A stretch of 64,000 nt of DNA from Desulfobacterales bacterium (GCA_963668645.2 CAXXWC010000021.1:1152001-1216000), one strand, 5' to 3'; positions 18,940 to 29,347 are shown, numbered from the stretch's first letter. Notes: generated by a model not told the origin, from the sequence alone. Numbers and translations: made by a program.

Positions 18940-19962
18940 TTAGACGCCGTAGTACTCCCGGTACCAGGCCACAAAGCGCCGGATCCCCTCGCCAATGGGC
19001 GTCGCGGGACGAAAGTCGACGTCCCGGGCCAGATCTTCGATATCGGCATAGGTGGCCGGCACGTCACCGTCCTGCATCGGCAGCATCTCCTTGAGAGCTG
19101 GCTGTCCCAGGGCCGCCTCGATCTTACCGATGAAATCGAGCAGCGCCACCGGCTGGTGGTTGCCGATGTTGTAAATCCGATAGGGGGCACAGCTGCTCCC
19201 TGGATCCGGGGCCTCCGGGTTCCAGTCGTCGTCGCCTGCCGGAACCCGCCCCAGGACCCGCACCACCCCTTCGATGATGTCGTCGATGTAGGTAAAATCG
19301 CGCTGCATGCGACCGTGGTTGAAAACCCGGATCGGCTCTCCGGCCAGGATCGCGCGGGTAAAGAGAAAAAGCGCCATGTCTGGCCGCCCCCAGGGGCCGT
19401 AAACGGTGAAAAAGCGCAGCCCGGTGCATGGTAGCCGGTAAAGATGGCTGTACGTGTGGGCCATCAGCTCGTTGGCCTTCTTGGTAGCGGCATACAGGGA
19501 CACCGGATGATCCACGTTGTGGTGGACCGTAAACGGCATCCGGGTATTGGCGCCGTAGACTGAACTGGAAGAGGCGAAAACCAGATGTTTCACCCCATGG
19601 TGCCGGCACCCCTCGAGTACGTTGACAAAGCCCACCAGGTTGGCGTCGACATAGGCATGCGGGTTTTCCAGAGAATAGCGCACTCCGGCCTGGGCCGCCA
19701 GGTTGACCACGGAATCAAAACCACCAGCGGCGAAGAGACGAGCCATGGCCGGACGGTCTGCCAGATCGGTGCGGACAAAATCGAACCCTGCATGCCGTTC
19801 GAGTCGCTGGAGACGCGCCTGTTTGAGCCCGACATCGTAATAGGCGTTGAGGTTGTCCAGCCCGGTCACCCGCCGGCCCTCGGCCAGCAGCCGCTCGCTG
19901 AGATGATATCCGATGAAACCGGCCGCACCGGTCACCAGGACATGGGTCATCTCGGATGGCAT
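18940..19962 (-). CDS. NAD-dependent UDP-glucuronate 4-epimerase (Uge/CapI-like)
   Basis: TGAAGFIG, AQAGVRYS, YAATKK and FFTVYGPWGRPDMA. Confidence 0.92.
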   Translation of the reverse strand: MPSEMTHVLVTGAAGFIGYHLSERLLAEGRRVTGLDNLNAYYDVGLKQARLQRLERHAGFDFVRTDLADRPAMARLFAAGGFDSVVNLAAQAGVRYSLENPHAYVDANLVGFVNVLEGCRHHGVKHLVFASSSSVYGANTRMPFTVHHNVDHPVSLYAATKKANELMAHTYSHLYRLPCTGLRFFTVYGPWGRPDMALFLFTRAILAGEPIRVFNHGRMQRDFTYIDDIIEGVVRVLGRVPAGDDDWNPEAPDPGSSCAPYRIYNIGNHQPVALLDFIGKIEAALGQPALKEMLPMQDGDVPATYADIEDLARDVDFRPATPIGEGIRRFVAWYREYYGV

Positions 19963-20356
19963 GGGTGATCTCCTTTCTTTTCAGGACGACACTATTATCG
20001 GAAGCGCACTGCCTTCGCAAGAATGAAGTCCGGCCCACGCCGGGACAGCCCATCGACCGTCAGGCCGAAACGGTCATCAGACCTGCGACAGGCTGGTATG
20101 TTCAAAGCACGGAGGGAAAGCTGGTCGGTCCCGGCCCGCGGGGTCCGGTGTCCAGGCCTCGCAGGCAGCGGGAGTGAAAAAAGGTCTCGTCCAAAATCCG
20201 GCCCCATCATGCACCGTGGCACATTCGGGGACACAAAAACGGCTCAAACAAACTTTGCCGGACCGGAAGGTTTAACCATCCAACATCTGTAAAAAACCGA
20301 TTGGCCTTCACCTTGGCCGGTTTCGTCCCCACTTGGAAGCTGTGACATTATTTTTT

Positions 20357-22060
20357 TCATGCCCCCTCTTCCATATGCTTTATCCGCGTCTGTTTCACCG
20401 GCTTATACATACGATAACCGCCCGAGATATTGTACGCCCTGAACCCGTGCTGGAGCATCATGCGCAGGGCCACGTAGGAGCGTGCCCCGACCTGGCAGTA
20501 AACCCAGATCTCCCGCTGCCGCGGCAGTTCGTCCAGGCGACGGCGCAGGGTGTGCAACGGAATGTTCACCGCTCCGGGAAGATGCCCCTCGGCAAACTCC
20601 TCCTCTTTGCGCACGTCCAAGACCAGCACATCGGATTTGGGCAGGTCCTCCCAGTAAACGGTGGGGGCATCGCCGTGCAGGATGTTGGCCGCCACCATTC
20701 CGGCGATATTCACCGGGTCTTTGGCCGAGCCGTACTGTGGTGCGTAGCTCAACTCGGCCTCTTCCAGGTCGAATACGGTGCCGCGGCGCTGCAGATGGCT
20801 GGCGATGACGTCGATGCGCTTTTCCACCCCCAGGTGCCCCACGGCCTGGGCCCCCAGCAGGCGGCCGTCGGCGCCGTCGAAAAGCAGCTTGATGGTAATG
20901 GTTTCGGCGTTCGGATAGTAGCGCGCGTGGTTGTCCGGATGAATGTAGATCTTGCACGCATGCCAGCGGCGGCCGTCTGGATCGAGCCGCGCCAGCGTCT
21001 TTTCGTTGATCCCGGTACAGGCCAGGGTCAGCCCCATGAGTCCACATACGGCGGTGCCCTGAACACCGCGGAACGCCGGAAAGCGGTACAGGTCACGGCA
21101 TATGGCGTTGGCCGCAACCCGGCCCTGGCGGTTGGCCGGCCCGGCCAGCGGGACCATTACCGGCAGACCGGTGACATGGTCCGTGACCTGCACGGCATCG
21201 CCCACCGCCCAGATGGCCGGATCGTTGGTGCGCATATAACGATCGACCAGGATGCCGCCGCGTTCGCCCAGTTCGAGACCCGCCTTGGCTGCCAGGCGGC
21301 TGCGCGGTCGCACACCAGCGGCCAGCACCACCAGATCGGCTTGGAACCGCCGTTTGTCGGCCAGCTCCACCTGGATGGGGCCGTCCTGCTGGCCGCTGAA
21401 GCCGGACACCGCGCAGCCGAGTTCCAGGGCCACGCCGTTTTCCTCCAGGTGCCGGTGCACGAACCAGGCGATCTCCGGGTCCAGCGGCGGCATCACCTGG
21501 TCCTGCATCTCCACCAAGGTCACCGCCATGCCGAGCCGGTGCAGGTTCTCGGTCATCTCCAGGCCGATGAAGCCCCCGCCTACCACCACGGCCCGCTTGG
21601 CCCGATGGCGGCCGATCCAGTCCATAATGGCGCGGGTGTCCGGGATGGTCCAGAGGGTAAAGATCCCGGGCCGATCGAGGCCCGGCAGCGGCGGCCGCAA
21701 CGGCACCGATCCGGGAGCGAGCACCAACGCGTCGTAACGCTCCTGGTAGCGCCGGCCGGTCTTCAGATCGCAGACCGTTATGGTCTTGGCCTGCCGGTCG
21801 ATGCGTTCCACGTTGCTCTCGGTGCGGACCTCCACGTTGAACCGGTCGCGGAACAGTTCCGGGGTGGAGACCAGCAGATCCTCCTCTTTGGTGATCACTT
21901 TTCCGACGTAGTAGGGCAGCCCGCAGTTGGCAAAGGAAACGTAGGGCCCCCTTTCGAAAAGGATGATGGTGGCGTTCTCGTCCAGGCGCCGGGCCCGTGC
22001 GGCGCAGGAAGCCCCGCCGGCCACACCGCCGATGATCAGCAGTCGTTTGAATTCGCTCAT
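20357..22060 (-). CDS. CoA-disulfide/persulfide reductase with C-terminal rhodanese domain
   Basis: GGVAGG, active-site SFANCG, GGGFIG, YAPQY, then rhodanese LDVR...GHLPGA...YCQVGAR. Confidence 0.9.
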   Translation of the reverse strand: MSEFKRLLIIGGVAGGASCAARARRLDENATIILFERGPYVSFANCGLPYYVGKVITKEEDLLVSTPELFRDRFNVEVRTESNVERIDRQAKTITVCDLKTGRRYQERYDALVLAPGSVPLRPPLPGLDRPGIFTLWTIPDTRAIMDWIGRHRAKRAVVVGGGFIGLEMTENLHRLGMAVTLVEMQDQVMPPLDPEIAWFVHRHLEENGVALELGCAVSGFSGQQDGPIQVELADKRRFQADLVVLAAGVRPRSRLAAKAGLELGERGGILVDRYMRTNDPAIWAVGDAVQVTDHVTGLPVMVPLAGPANRQGRVAANAICRDLYRFPAFRGVQGTAVCGLMGLTLACTGINEKTLARLDPDGRRWHACKIYIHPDNHARYYPNAETITIKLLFDGADGRLLGAQAVGHLGVEKRIDVIASHLQRRGTVFDLEEAELSYAPQYGSAKDPVNIAGMVAANILHGDAPTVYWEDLPKSDVLVLDVRKEEEFAEGHLPGAVNIPLHTLRRRLDELPRQREIWVYCQVGARSYVALRMMLQHGFRAYNISGGYRMYKPVKQTRIKHMEEGA

Positions 22061-22270
22061 TTTTCTTATCCACCTCGGGTAGAGGACGTTTGGTGTCTTT
22101 CATGCGGGGATGGCAGTCGTCAGCCGGTCAAACCGTGTGGCCGAATTGGGCAAGGGCAGCATGAGGGCAAGAATTTTTGGCAAGTGGCAACGCCATATCG
22201 TGGGTTTGGCACCGTTCACCCACAGACGGCTGGCAGAAGTTTAACGTTCCTGCAGCCGATTTTGAAATCG

Positions 22271-22801
22271 TCACGATCCCTTTTCAGCCTTCTCTTTTCC
22301 AATGGAACAGAGAAGTTCGACAGTCCATCGCGTTGCCTTGCCGACGACCTCAGGACACTTGTGATCGTGTCCCCCGTCGGCGAGATAGACATCCCATTCT
22401 CCAGAGATTCTGGGGTTATAGGTGCGTCCGAAAATTTTTTTGTGTATGTTTTTGCAAATCGAGCTCCCGTATTCCCTTTCAAAGCGCTCGTGAAGCTTCC
22501 GGCACAGGGCAGAACAAGTCGCCCTGGCTTCTTCGGCCCCCTCGAGGTTATTAAGTTCCCTCCCGTAAAGGAGACTAACGGCCATGACCCCTCCCAAAAG
22601 GGCACCGCAGGTATTTTCGAACGTCTGCCCGATGCCTCCCCCCAAGCCGGTTGCAGCTTTAAATGCATCCGGCTTATCCAAGTTGAAAAAAGCCATCAGG
22701 GTAGCAAGCGTACTCTGGGCACATCCGTGGTATCTCTTGTTAAACTGGCATCCCTTTGCCTCCACTTCATCAAGGATTTGAGGCGTTAAGTTTCTATCCA
22801 T
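22271..22801 (-). CDS. C-GCAxxG-C-C family putative redox-active protein
   Basis: GCAQS, LGGGIG, TCGALLGG, SSIC and HKCPEVV. Confidence 0.85.
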   Translation of the reverse strand: MDRNLTPQILDEVEAKGCQFNKRYHGCAQSTLATLMAFFNLDKPDAFKAATGLGGGIGQTFENTCGALLGGVMAVSLLYGRELNNLEGAEEARATCSALCRKLHERFEREYGSSICKNIHKKIFGRTYNPRISGEWDVYLADGGHDHKCPEVVGKATRWTVELLCSIGKEKAEKGS

Positions 22802-22880
22802 TTCGATTCTCACCCGTAGTTTCAAAAGGAAAACACAACTGCCCGACTTTTCAGCACCTTTTTTCAGCACCTTATCAAGC

Positions 22881-24167
22881 CTACATCACAAACCCCAGAA
22901 GCTTGGGCACAAAAAGCACGACCGGCGGGAAATAAGTGATCAGAATCAGCACCGCAAATTGCGCCAGAATGAAGGGCATAATCGCCTTGGAAATACGTTC
23001 GACAGAAATTTTCGCCAACGGCACCGTTGCAAAGAGGCAGGTGCCTACTGGCGGTGTGCCAAGACCGATGATGAGATTGACAACCATCAGCAAGGCGAAG
23101 TGCAGGGGATGAATGCCGACAGCCTCCGCCACCGGAGCCAGGATTGGGCCCAGGATCAGAATGTTGGCCGTCGCATCCAGAACCATGCCCATTACCAGGA
23201 GAAATACGTTAAAAAACAGCAGGATAAGATACTTGTTGCTCGTAAGACCAGTGATGATTTTGACAATTGTCGTCGGCACATCCAACATCGTGATAAGCCA
23301 GGCAAAAGGAGCGCAGGCGCCGACCAACAAGAGAATCACACCGGAGGTGACCGCACTGTCAAAGAGGCAATTAATGAACGAGGAAAAGCTTAAATTACGA
23401 TAGACTACAAAGCCAAGCAGCAGTGCATAGGCGACGGCGATTCCCGCCGCTTCGGTGGCGGTGAAGATTCCCAGGACCATCCCCCCGATAATAATCAGCG
23501 GCATCAAGAGCGCCAAGAAGGATTTCCTAAACGCCTTGATGAACTCTCGAAACGAAAACCGCTCTGAGTGAACCGGGTATTTACGGCGTATGCTTATGAG
23601 GTAGGCGGTCAGAATCAGCATGCTCCCGATCAGCAAACCGGGGATAAGCCCGGCCGCGAAAAGACCGCCGATGGAAACCCCCAGAGTCGCGCCGTAAAGC
23701 ACCATGGCCACGCTCGGAGGAATGATGGCGCCGATCATGGATGAACTGGCCGTGACCGCGGCGGTGAAATCCGGGTCATAGCCTTCATCGACCATGGCCG
23801 GAATCAGAACAGAGCCGACCGAGACGGTATCGGCCACGGCCGATCCGTTCAGCCCCGCAAAAAACATGCTCACCACGATGTTCACATGCGCCAGACCGCC
23901 GCGGATATGCCCAACCATGGTGTCGCTGAGCCGAATGAGCTGATGGGTGATTTTGACAGAGTTCATGAGGTTTCCTGCCAGGATGAACAAGGGAATGGCC
24001 ATCAGCGGAAACGAATCCAGGGCAGCAAACATCTCGTGCGGTATGAACTTGAGGGAATAGCGCATGAAAAACATGGCAAAAAACAACGGAATCACGCCCA
24101 GGCAAAAACCGATGGGCAGCCCGATGCAGATCATAATGGCAAAACCTATAAAAATCGCTGCAATCAT
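22881..24167 (-). CDS. TRAP transporter large permease (DctM)
   Basis: LMAIPLFILAG, GSAVAD, IIPPS, FTATEA and GLGTPPVG. Confidence 0.95.
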   Translation of the reverse strand: MIAAIFIGFAIMICIGLPIGFCLGVIPLFFAMFFMRYSLKFIPHEMFAALDSFPLMAIPLFILAGNLMNSVKITHQLIRLSDTMVGHIRGGLAHVNIVVSMFFAGLNGSAVADTVSVGSVLIPAMVDEGYDPDFTAAVTASSSMIGAIIPPSVAMVLYGATLGVSIGGLFAAGLIPGLLIGSMLILTAYLISIRRKYPVHSERFSFREFIKAFRKSFLALLMPLIIIGGMVLGIFTATEAAGIAVAYALLLGFVVYRNLSFSSFINCLFDSAVTSGVILLLVGACAPFAWLITMLDVPTTIVKIITGLTSNKYLILLFFNVFLLVMGMVLDATANILILGPILAPVAEAVGIHPLHFALLMVVNLIIGLGTPPVGTCLFATVPLAKISVERISKAIMPFILAQFAVLILITYFPPVVLFVPKLLGFVM

Positions 24168-24204
24168 ACTGTTCTCCCTTATGGATTGCCGATTCCATCC
24201 ACAG

Positions 24205-24741
24205 CTAGCACTCCGATGAAGATCCGTAAAACAGAGCGTAAAAGTCTTTAGTGATCAGATAAAATAGATGGATGAGCATCAACAGGCCGGCCAGAGGCAT
24301 TCCAAGCATGACATAGGTGTAGGGGATATGGACGGCCCATGAAAAAGCATGATTTGTAAGCGCCTGCTGGTAGCCGAGCCCGGTAAAGAAAACGACAAAG
24401 TAAAGCATGATAAACTTTCCGCACAACAGAACCCAGAAACGCGAACGCTCGCTAAGCCGGTTGGTGAACATGGTCATTGCGACGTTGCTCTCGAGCCGCA
24501 CCGCCGCCCCGGCCCCGATATAGCCGACCCAAACCAGACACCATTTGGTGATTTCCTGTGGCCAGATCAGCGACACGTTGATCACGTACCGGAACAGAAT
24601 ATCGATCATCACCAAAGTCACGATGCAAAACATAAGCATAATCAGCAGCCATTTGCTGAAAACAAATGCCCCGTCACTGACTACCTTGAGCCCTTTCAAT
24701 AACTGCTCCAGCGTTGCTGAACGATCATGTGCTCCTGTCAT
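24205..24741 (-). CDS. TRAP transporter small permease (DctQ)
   Basis: Four TMs; RYVINVSLIWPQEI. Confidence 0.88.
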   Translation of the reverse strand: MTGAHDRSATLEQLLKGLKVVSDGAFVFSKWLLIMLMFCIVTLVMIDILFRYVINVSLIWPQEITKWCLVWVGYIGAGAAVRLESNVAMTMFTNRLSERSRFWVLLCGKFIMLYFVVFFTGLGYQQALTNHAFSWAVHIPYTYVMLGMPLAGLLMLIHLFYLITKDFYALFYGSSSEC

Positions 24742-24928
24742 GGTCAATCTTTCCTCATCTTGAGCGTGTCCGGACACTTTCATCGGACCTTGTCTGTCCT
24801 GAAAGCTGGCTCCAAAACCCCGGATCCCAGGCCCCGGCGCACCTAGACGCCGTGCAGTGAAACGGCCAAGATCGGCTTCTCAGGCAGGATTTTGAACCCA
24901 GCTCCGCTTTCCCTGTGCGCCTCTTGCG

Positions 24929-25729
24929 CTAGCTGTGGCAAAGCCATCCGCCATCGACCACGAGCACATGGCCTGTGACCATATCGGCCGCCGGAGAGGC
25001 CAAAAAAAGCACTGCGCCGGATAAATGCTTTACCGGATCCTGGAAATCTCCCAACGGGAGACGCTCTCGCATCTTCGGCCCATAATCCGGATCATCGATC
25101 CGCTTGACAGCCATTTCCGTCTTAAAAAATCCCGGTGCAATCGCATTGACGCAAATCTGATATCGGCCCCATTCCGTAGCCAAAGACCGGGTAAGATTCA
25201 CCACGCCGGCCTTGCTGGTGTTATAGGCACTGCCTGGATGCAGAAAGCTCGCCGTCAAAGCATGGGCCGAAGCGATATTGACGATCTTTCCGCCTTTGCC
25301 CTGTTTGATCATCGACTTGCCGACTTCCCGGCAACAGATGAACTGGGCGGTCAAATTCACGCCGAGAACGCGATTCCATTCTTCCAGGGTAAATTCTTCG
25401 GCCGGTTTGATAATCTGGATTCCCGCATTATTGACCAGGATATTGATCGGTCCAAGCTCCGCTTCCGCCTGGGCCACCATCTCAATGACGTCTTTTTCCG
25501 AAGTGACGTCTATTGCAAAGCCGCGGCTTTTGCGGCCCGTGGCCACGATCCCCTCTGCCGTCTTAGCGGCCGTGGCCGCGTCAATGTCCGTCACGGCCAC
25601 ATCCGCGCCGGCTCTGGCCAACGCGTCGGCCATCGCCTTGCCCAGACCTCGCCCTGCGCCGGTCACCAGGGCCGTCTTTCCGGTAAGATCAAACAGGTCT
25701 CCTAAAAATGCCTTGGTCGTGTTATCCAT
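24929..25729 (-). CDS. Short-chain dehydrogenase (gluconate 5-dehydrogenase/KduD-like)
   Basis: TGAGRGLG, NNAG, YNTSK, NAIAPG and VDGG. Confidence 0.9.
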   Translation of the reverse strand: MDNTTKAFLGDLFDLTGKTALVTGAGRGLGKAMADALARAGADVAVTDIDAATAAKTAEGIVATGRKSRGFAIDVTSEKDVIEMVAQAEAELGPINILVNNAGIQIIKPAEEFTLEEWNRVLGVNLTAQFICCREVGKSMIKQGKGGKIVNIASAHALTASFLHPGSAYNTSKAGVVNLTRSLATEWGRYQICVNAIAPGFFKTEMAVKRIDDPDYGPKMRERLPLGDFQDPVKHLSGAVLFLASPAADMVTGHVLVVDGGWLCHS

Positions 25730-25832
25730 TGCCAAATCCTTTTCTCCCTTTCAGCCAGATGGGTCCGGTTTCTTTCAACGGGGAGGAAAGAACGAAGAAC
25801 CGAAGTTCGCCGTCCCTTCCCCCCGGCGGTGA

Positions 25833-26876
25833 TCAATATTTATCCAACGGGATTTGCGCGTCCTGAATTTGTTTTATAAACTCCCTGTCCAGCTTGAGAT
25901 CTTTAATCCAATCTTCCCACAGGGCCTTGGCTTTAGAGACCCAGAGTTCCTCTTCTTCTTTACTCGGTTTATAAAAGGTGCAGCCGGCAGATTTCATCTT
26001 CTGTTCGGCGTTATGACACCAATACTGGTCATGCTGATAGCAGGCTAACGACGCCTCGGTCGCCGCCCGGTCCACCGCGGCCTGGAGCTCCTTGGGCAGG
26101 CTGTTGTAGCGATCCAGGTTCATGAGTGCCATGTGCCATACCCCGCCGCCACCCGTTTCGGTGACGAACTTGGTCACTTCATAGATCTTCGAGATATAGG
26201 CCCAAAGGGGCGGCAGGTAGACGCCGTTGACGATCCCTTGCATGGCAGAGGTGTAAGTTTCTGCCCATGCGATGGAAACCGGACTAAATCCCCACGCTGC
26301 CGCCAGTTTTTGATCGATCGGCGAGGCCACGACGCGTAGCTTGATGCCATTGGCATCGGCCGGGCTCTTGACGATGCTCTTGGTGGTCAGGATGTGTCTC
26401 TCGCCGCCAGCCGGATAAGCCTGGAGCAACTTGAAACCGTCCTTTTTCACTCGCGCTTGCATCTTTTCCCAGATCTCGGGATTGGTCATCACACGAAACC
26501 AGTTGTAATGACCGTGAACGATATACGGCAGGTCGAATTCCAACCAGGCGCGCCCCATGCTGGCATAGTTGCCGTTGGACGTATGGCCGATATCCAAGGT
26601 GCCCAGCTGCACCATCTGCATCAGCTTCATGTCGCTGCCCATGGAGCCGGCCGGATGGACCTCCACTTTAATGCGCCCATTGGAGTATTTTTCCACCCGC
26701 TTCTTGAACTCGTCGGCCGAATAAAAGGTTGTGTTGATCTCCGTGCCGGTATGCGCTTCGACAATCTTGAAGACTTCTGCGGCGGCGTGGGCCATCCCGG
26801 TTTTACCGATCATAAAAAGCGCAAAAAGAAAGGCCATGCCAACTACCGATCTTATCGTCCAGCCAGTCCTTCTCAT
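25833..26876 (-). CDS. TRAP transporter substrate-binding protein (DctP)
   Basis: Signal peptide, SNGRIKVEV, QLGTLD, FDLPY, GIKLRV and WAETY. Confidence 0.9.
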   Translation of the reverse strand: MRRTGWTIRSVVGMAFLFALFMIGKTGMAHAAAEVFKIVEAHTGTEINTTFYSADEFKKRVEKYSNGRIKVEVHPAGSMGSDMKLMQMVQLGTLDIGHTSNGNYASMGRAWLEFDLPYIVHGHYNWFRVMTNPEIWEKMQARVKKDGFKLLQAYPAGGERHILTTKSIVKSPADANGIKLRVVASPIDQKLAAAWGFSPVSIAWAETYTSAMQGIVNGVYLPPLWAYISKIYEVTKFVTETGGGGVWHMALMNLDRYNSLPKELQAAVDRAATEASLACYQHDQYWCHNAEQKMKSAGCTFYKPSKEEEELWVSKAKALWEDWIKDLKLDREFIKQIQDAQIPLDKY

Positions 26877-26972
26877 AACTACCTCCTTTTTTTATCCTTA
26901 TTCATCCTTCGACAATTTCAAACGCCCGATGCGGAGCGCTTCGATTTTCCCTTGCAACGTCCAATGGCGGCA

Positions 26973-27323
26973 CTAAATTTCAGGAGCGCTGGAGGGAACC
27001 ATGCATGCGAAGACCATGGGTGCATCACCCGTATTTTTGAACCCGTGCTCCTCGCTGCCCGGGACAAACAGCGTATCGCCCTGGGAGACAGGCACCCATT
27101 TTCCCGCGTTGAAAAAGTCAGCTTTGCCGGAAAAGATGATGATCTCGTGTTCCCATTCATGCCGGTGGACAGGGGTGTATCCATTCACCGCGATCTCGAA
27201 AAAGCGCATGTAGAAATTTTTGGCGCCGTCGCGACTGCCGATAACCAAACGTCCGGCAAACCCTTTGGCGCCTTCGCGTCCGACCGGCATGAGCTCGGAT
27301 TCGGTATAGTGGGCTATTTTCAT
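26973..27323 (-). CDS. Cupin domain protein (4-His, TM1459-like)
   Basis: NFYMRFFEI...HRHEWEHE...EEHGF...FACMVP. Confidence 0.88.
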   Translation of the reverse strand: MKIAHYTESELMPVGREGAKGFAGRLVIGSRDGAKNFYMRFFEIAVNGYTPVHRHEWEHEIIIFSGKADFFNAGKWVPVSQGDTLFVPGSEEHGFKNTGDAPMVFACMVPSSAPEI

Positions 27324-27418
27324 TGCGAGACTTCCCTTTCCTGTAATGATTGCGATCTTTGTCTTCATCAGCGCTGACACCGCACCCCTTCCCAATCGGG
27401 GCACGGACACCGCTCACC

Positions 27419-28726
27419 TCAAAGCAGCCACAAGGACAGCGACGGGGCAAAAGCCAGAACCATCAAAACGACCAACATCGCCGTTACAAACAGGATGGCA
27501 TGCCAGGATATCGCCATGACAGAAGTCCCGGTAACCCCGGACACCACAAACAGATTGAGCCCCAAGGGCGGTGTAATGAACCCGATACCCAGCGCCGTGA
27601 TCATGAAAATACAAAAATGAATATCGTTCATTCCGATCTCCTGAGCCAGGGGCAGCAGCAGGGGCGAAAGAATGACGATGTTGGGCGTGGTTTCCATAAC
27701 GCATCCGGCGGCCATGAGAATCACGACCATGATCAAAACGATCAGGACCTTGTTGGTGGTCAGACTGGTCATGGTATAAACGAAGAACTGAGGCACCTGA
27801 AGTGATGCCAGGGTCTGGGCCAGGGGCAGCGACATGGCGATAATCGGTACAATGATCCCGTTGATCTTGGCCGAAGTTTCCAGCATCTCGGGAAAATCGG
27901 CCAGCTTCAACGTGCCCTGGCACAATCCGATGATGATGCTGGTGACCACGGCCACCGCCGCCGATTCTGTGGGGGTAAAGATCCCGGAATAGATGCCGCC
28001 GAGGATGATAAACGGAATCAACAAGGCGAAGCGTGCGGAATAGAGGGTCTTTAGCCAATACCTTAAATCGAAGCCGACGCCCGAGACCTCGTACCCTTTG
28101 ACCGAGTTGACCATGACGTTCGTGGCCATCACCGACAACAGGATCAGCACACCCGGAACAGCGGCTGCCAGAAACAGGGTGGAGGCCGAAATTCCGAGAA
28201 TAAGGCCGATGATGATGTATGAAATCGATGGGGGGATCAGCACACCGGTACAGGCACCGGCCGCCACGAGTGCGCAGGCATAGCCTTTGGGGTACCCTTT
28301 TTCAACAAGACGGTGAACGGTAATGCGGCTGATGGCTGCGGCATCCGCGGCATCGGAACCGGAGATGCATGCAAAAAATCCGCAGCCCAGTACGGTGGAT
28401 GTCCCTAACCCGGCACGTTGCCAGCCCATGGTGGCTTCGGCTACATCGAGAAGCTTGTTGGACAGCCCGGTTCTCACCAACACGTCGCCGGTGAGGATAA
28501 AGAGCGGCACAGCAATGAGAGCAAACGAATCCGCCCCATCGAACAGGGCCTCGCCCATCAGGGTCGGCGGCAGGACGCCGGTTGACAACAGCATGGCCAG
28601 TGAACCGATCCCGACGGCCACCCAAACGCGAACGGCCAACAGAATCATGATGGCCATGCCAAGCAGCGGCAGATAAAAATCCCAGCCGAGTGTCAACGTC
28701 TGTTGCTGGATCAGGTGTGGATACAT
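27419..28726 (-). CDS. hpsM: TRAP large permease, HpsM-like (DHPS uptake)
   Basis: DctM motifs (ISGSDAAD, LIPPS, FTPTES, FITPPLG); lies in the hps/suy cluster. Confidence 0.75.
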   Translation of the reverse strand: MYPHLIQQQTLTLGWDFYLPLLGMAIMILLAVRVWVAVGIGSLAMLLSTGVLPPTLMGEALFDGADSFALIAVPLFILTGDVLVRTGLSNKLLDVAEATMGWQRAGLGTSTVLGCGFFACISGSDAADAAAISRITVHRLVEKGYPKGYACALVAAGACTGVLIPPSISYIIIGLILGISASTLFLAAAVPGVLILLSVMATNVMVNSVKGYEVSGVGFDLRYWLKTLYSARFALLIPFIILGGIYSGIFTPTESAAVAVVTSIIIGLCQGTLKLADFPEMLETSAKINGIIVPIIAMSLPLAQTLASLQVPQFFVYTMTSLTTNKVLIVLIMVVILMAAGCVMETTPNIVILSPLLLPLAQEIGMNDIHFCIFMITALGIGFITPPLGLNLFVVSGVTGTSVMAISWHAILFVTAMLVVLMVLAFAPSLSLWLL

Positions 28727-28733
28727 GGATTGG

Positions 28734-29264
28734 TCAGCTCCTGCCGTCAAAAAGCGTATTGCCCTCAAACACGGGTCGCCCGGCCTTCAAATCCTTCCAG
28801 TCCCGCCACATGGCCTGCAACAGCCGGATAACCATCATCGAAAACCCGAGCGGCACGGCGGCCAAGAACCAGGCCTGGCTGATTCTCAGCCCCTGGGTGA
28901 CCGAGCCGTAATGAATGGACGTCAGCAAGGTCCCCATGGACCAGTAAATCGCCAGTACTGCCAGAACGAGAGTGACGATATCGCCAAAGAGGAAAACGAC
29001 GCCGCGTATCCGCCGGGAAAACAGGTGCAGCAGAACGTCAATACGAATATGGGCCCGCTCCTTGATGGCGGCCGAGGCGCCGATCCAGGCCACATAAATG
29101 AATGCATAGCGCGCGATTTCCTCCGCCCAAAGCGATGAGTAGGAAAGCACGCTACGCCGGGCGACCTCCATGAATACGGTGATCACGATCATGGCGTACA
29201 GGGGCAACAGCAGATAGCGTTCACCATGTTGATCAATCTGTTTCAGGATCTGTTTCAATTGCAT
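28734..29264 (-). CDS. hpsL: TRAP small permease, HpsL-like
   Basis: DctQ-type four-TM protein (WAEEIARY, AHIRID) between the hpsK-like and hpsM-like genes. Confidence 0.72.
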   Translation of the reverse strand: MQLKQILKQIDQHGERYLLLPLYAMIVITVFMEVARRSVLSYSSLWAEEIARYAFIYVAWIGASAAIKERAHIRIDVLLHLFSRRIRGVVFLFGDIVTLVLAVLAIYWSMGTLLTSIHYGSVTQGLRISQAWFLAAVPLGFSMMVIRLLQAMWRDWKDLKAGRPVFEGNTLFDGRS

Positions 29265-29347
29265 AACCCGACCTGGCTGCGCTTGGTCGTCGCAGTTTTG
29301 TCCGCTGCACGTCACGCCGGAGCGTCACTCAGACGATCAGCGGGCCG

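Noticed and set aside
22178..22195. TGGCA-containing sequence as a sigma-54 promoter
   Set aside because: GG-to-GC spacing is 11 rather than 10 on either strand.
20333..22789. 818-aa plus-strand ORF
   Set aside because: Antisense to the CoADR-rhodanese and C-GCAxxG-C-C genes; typical high-GC shadow with no motifs.
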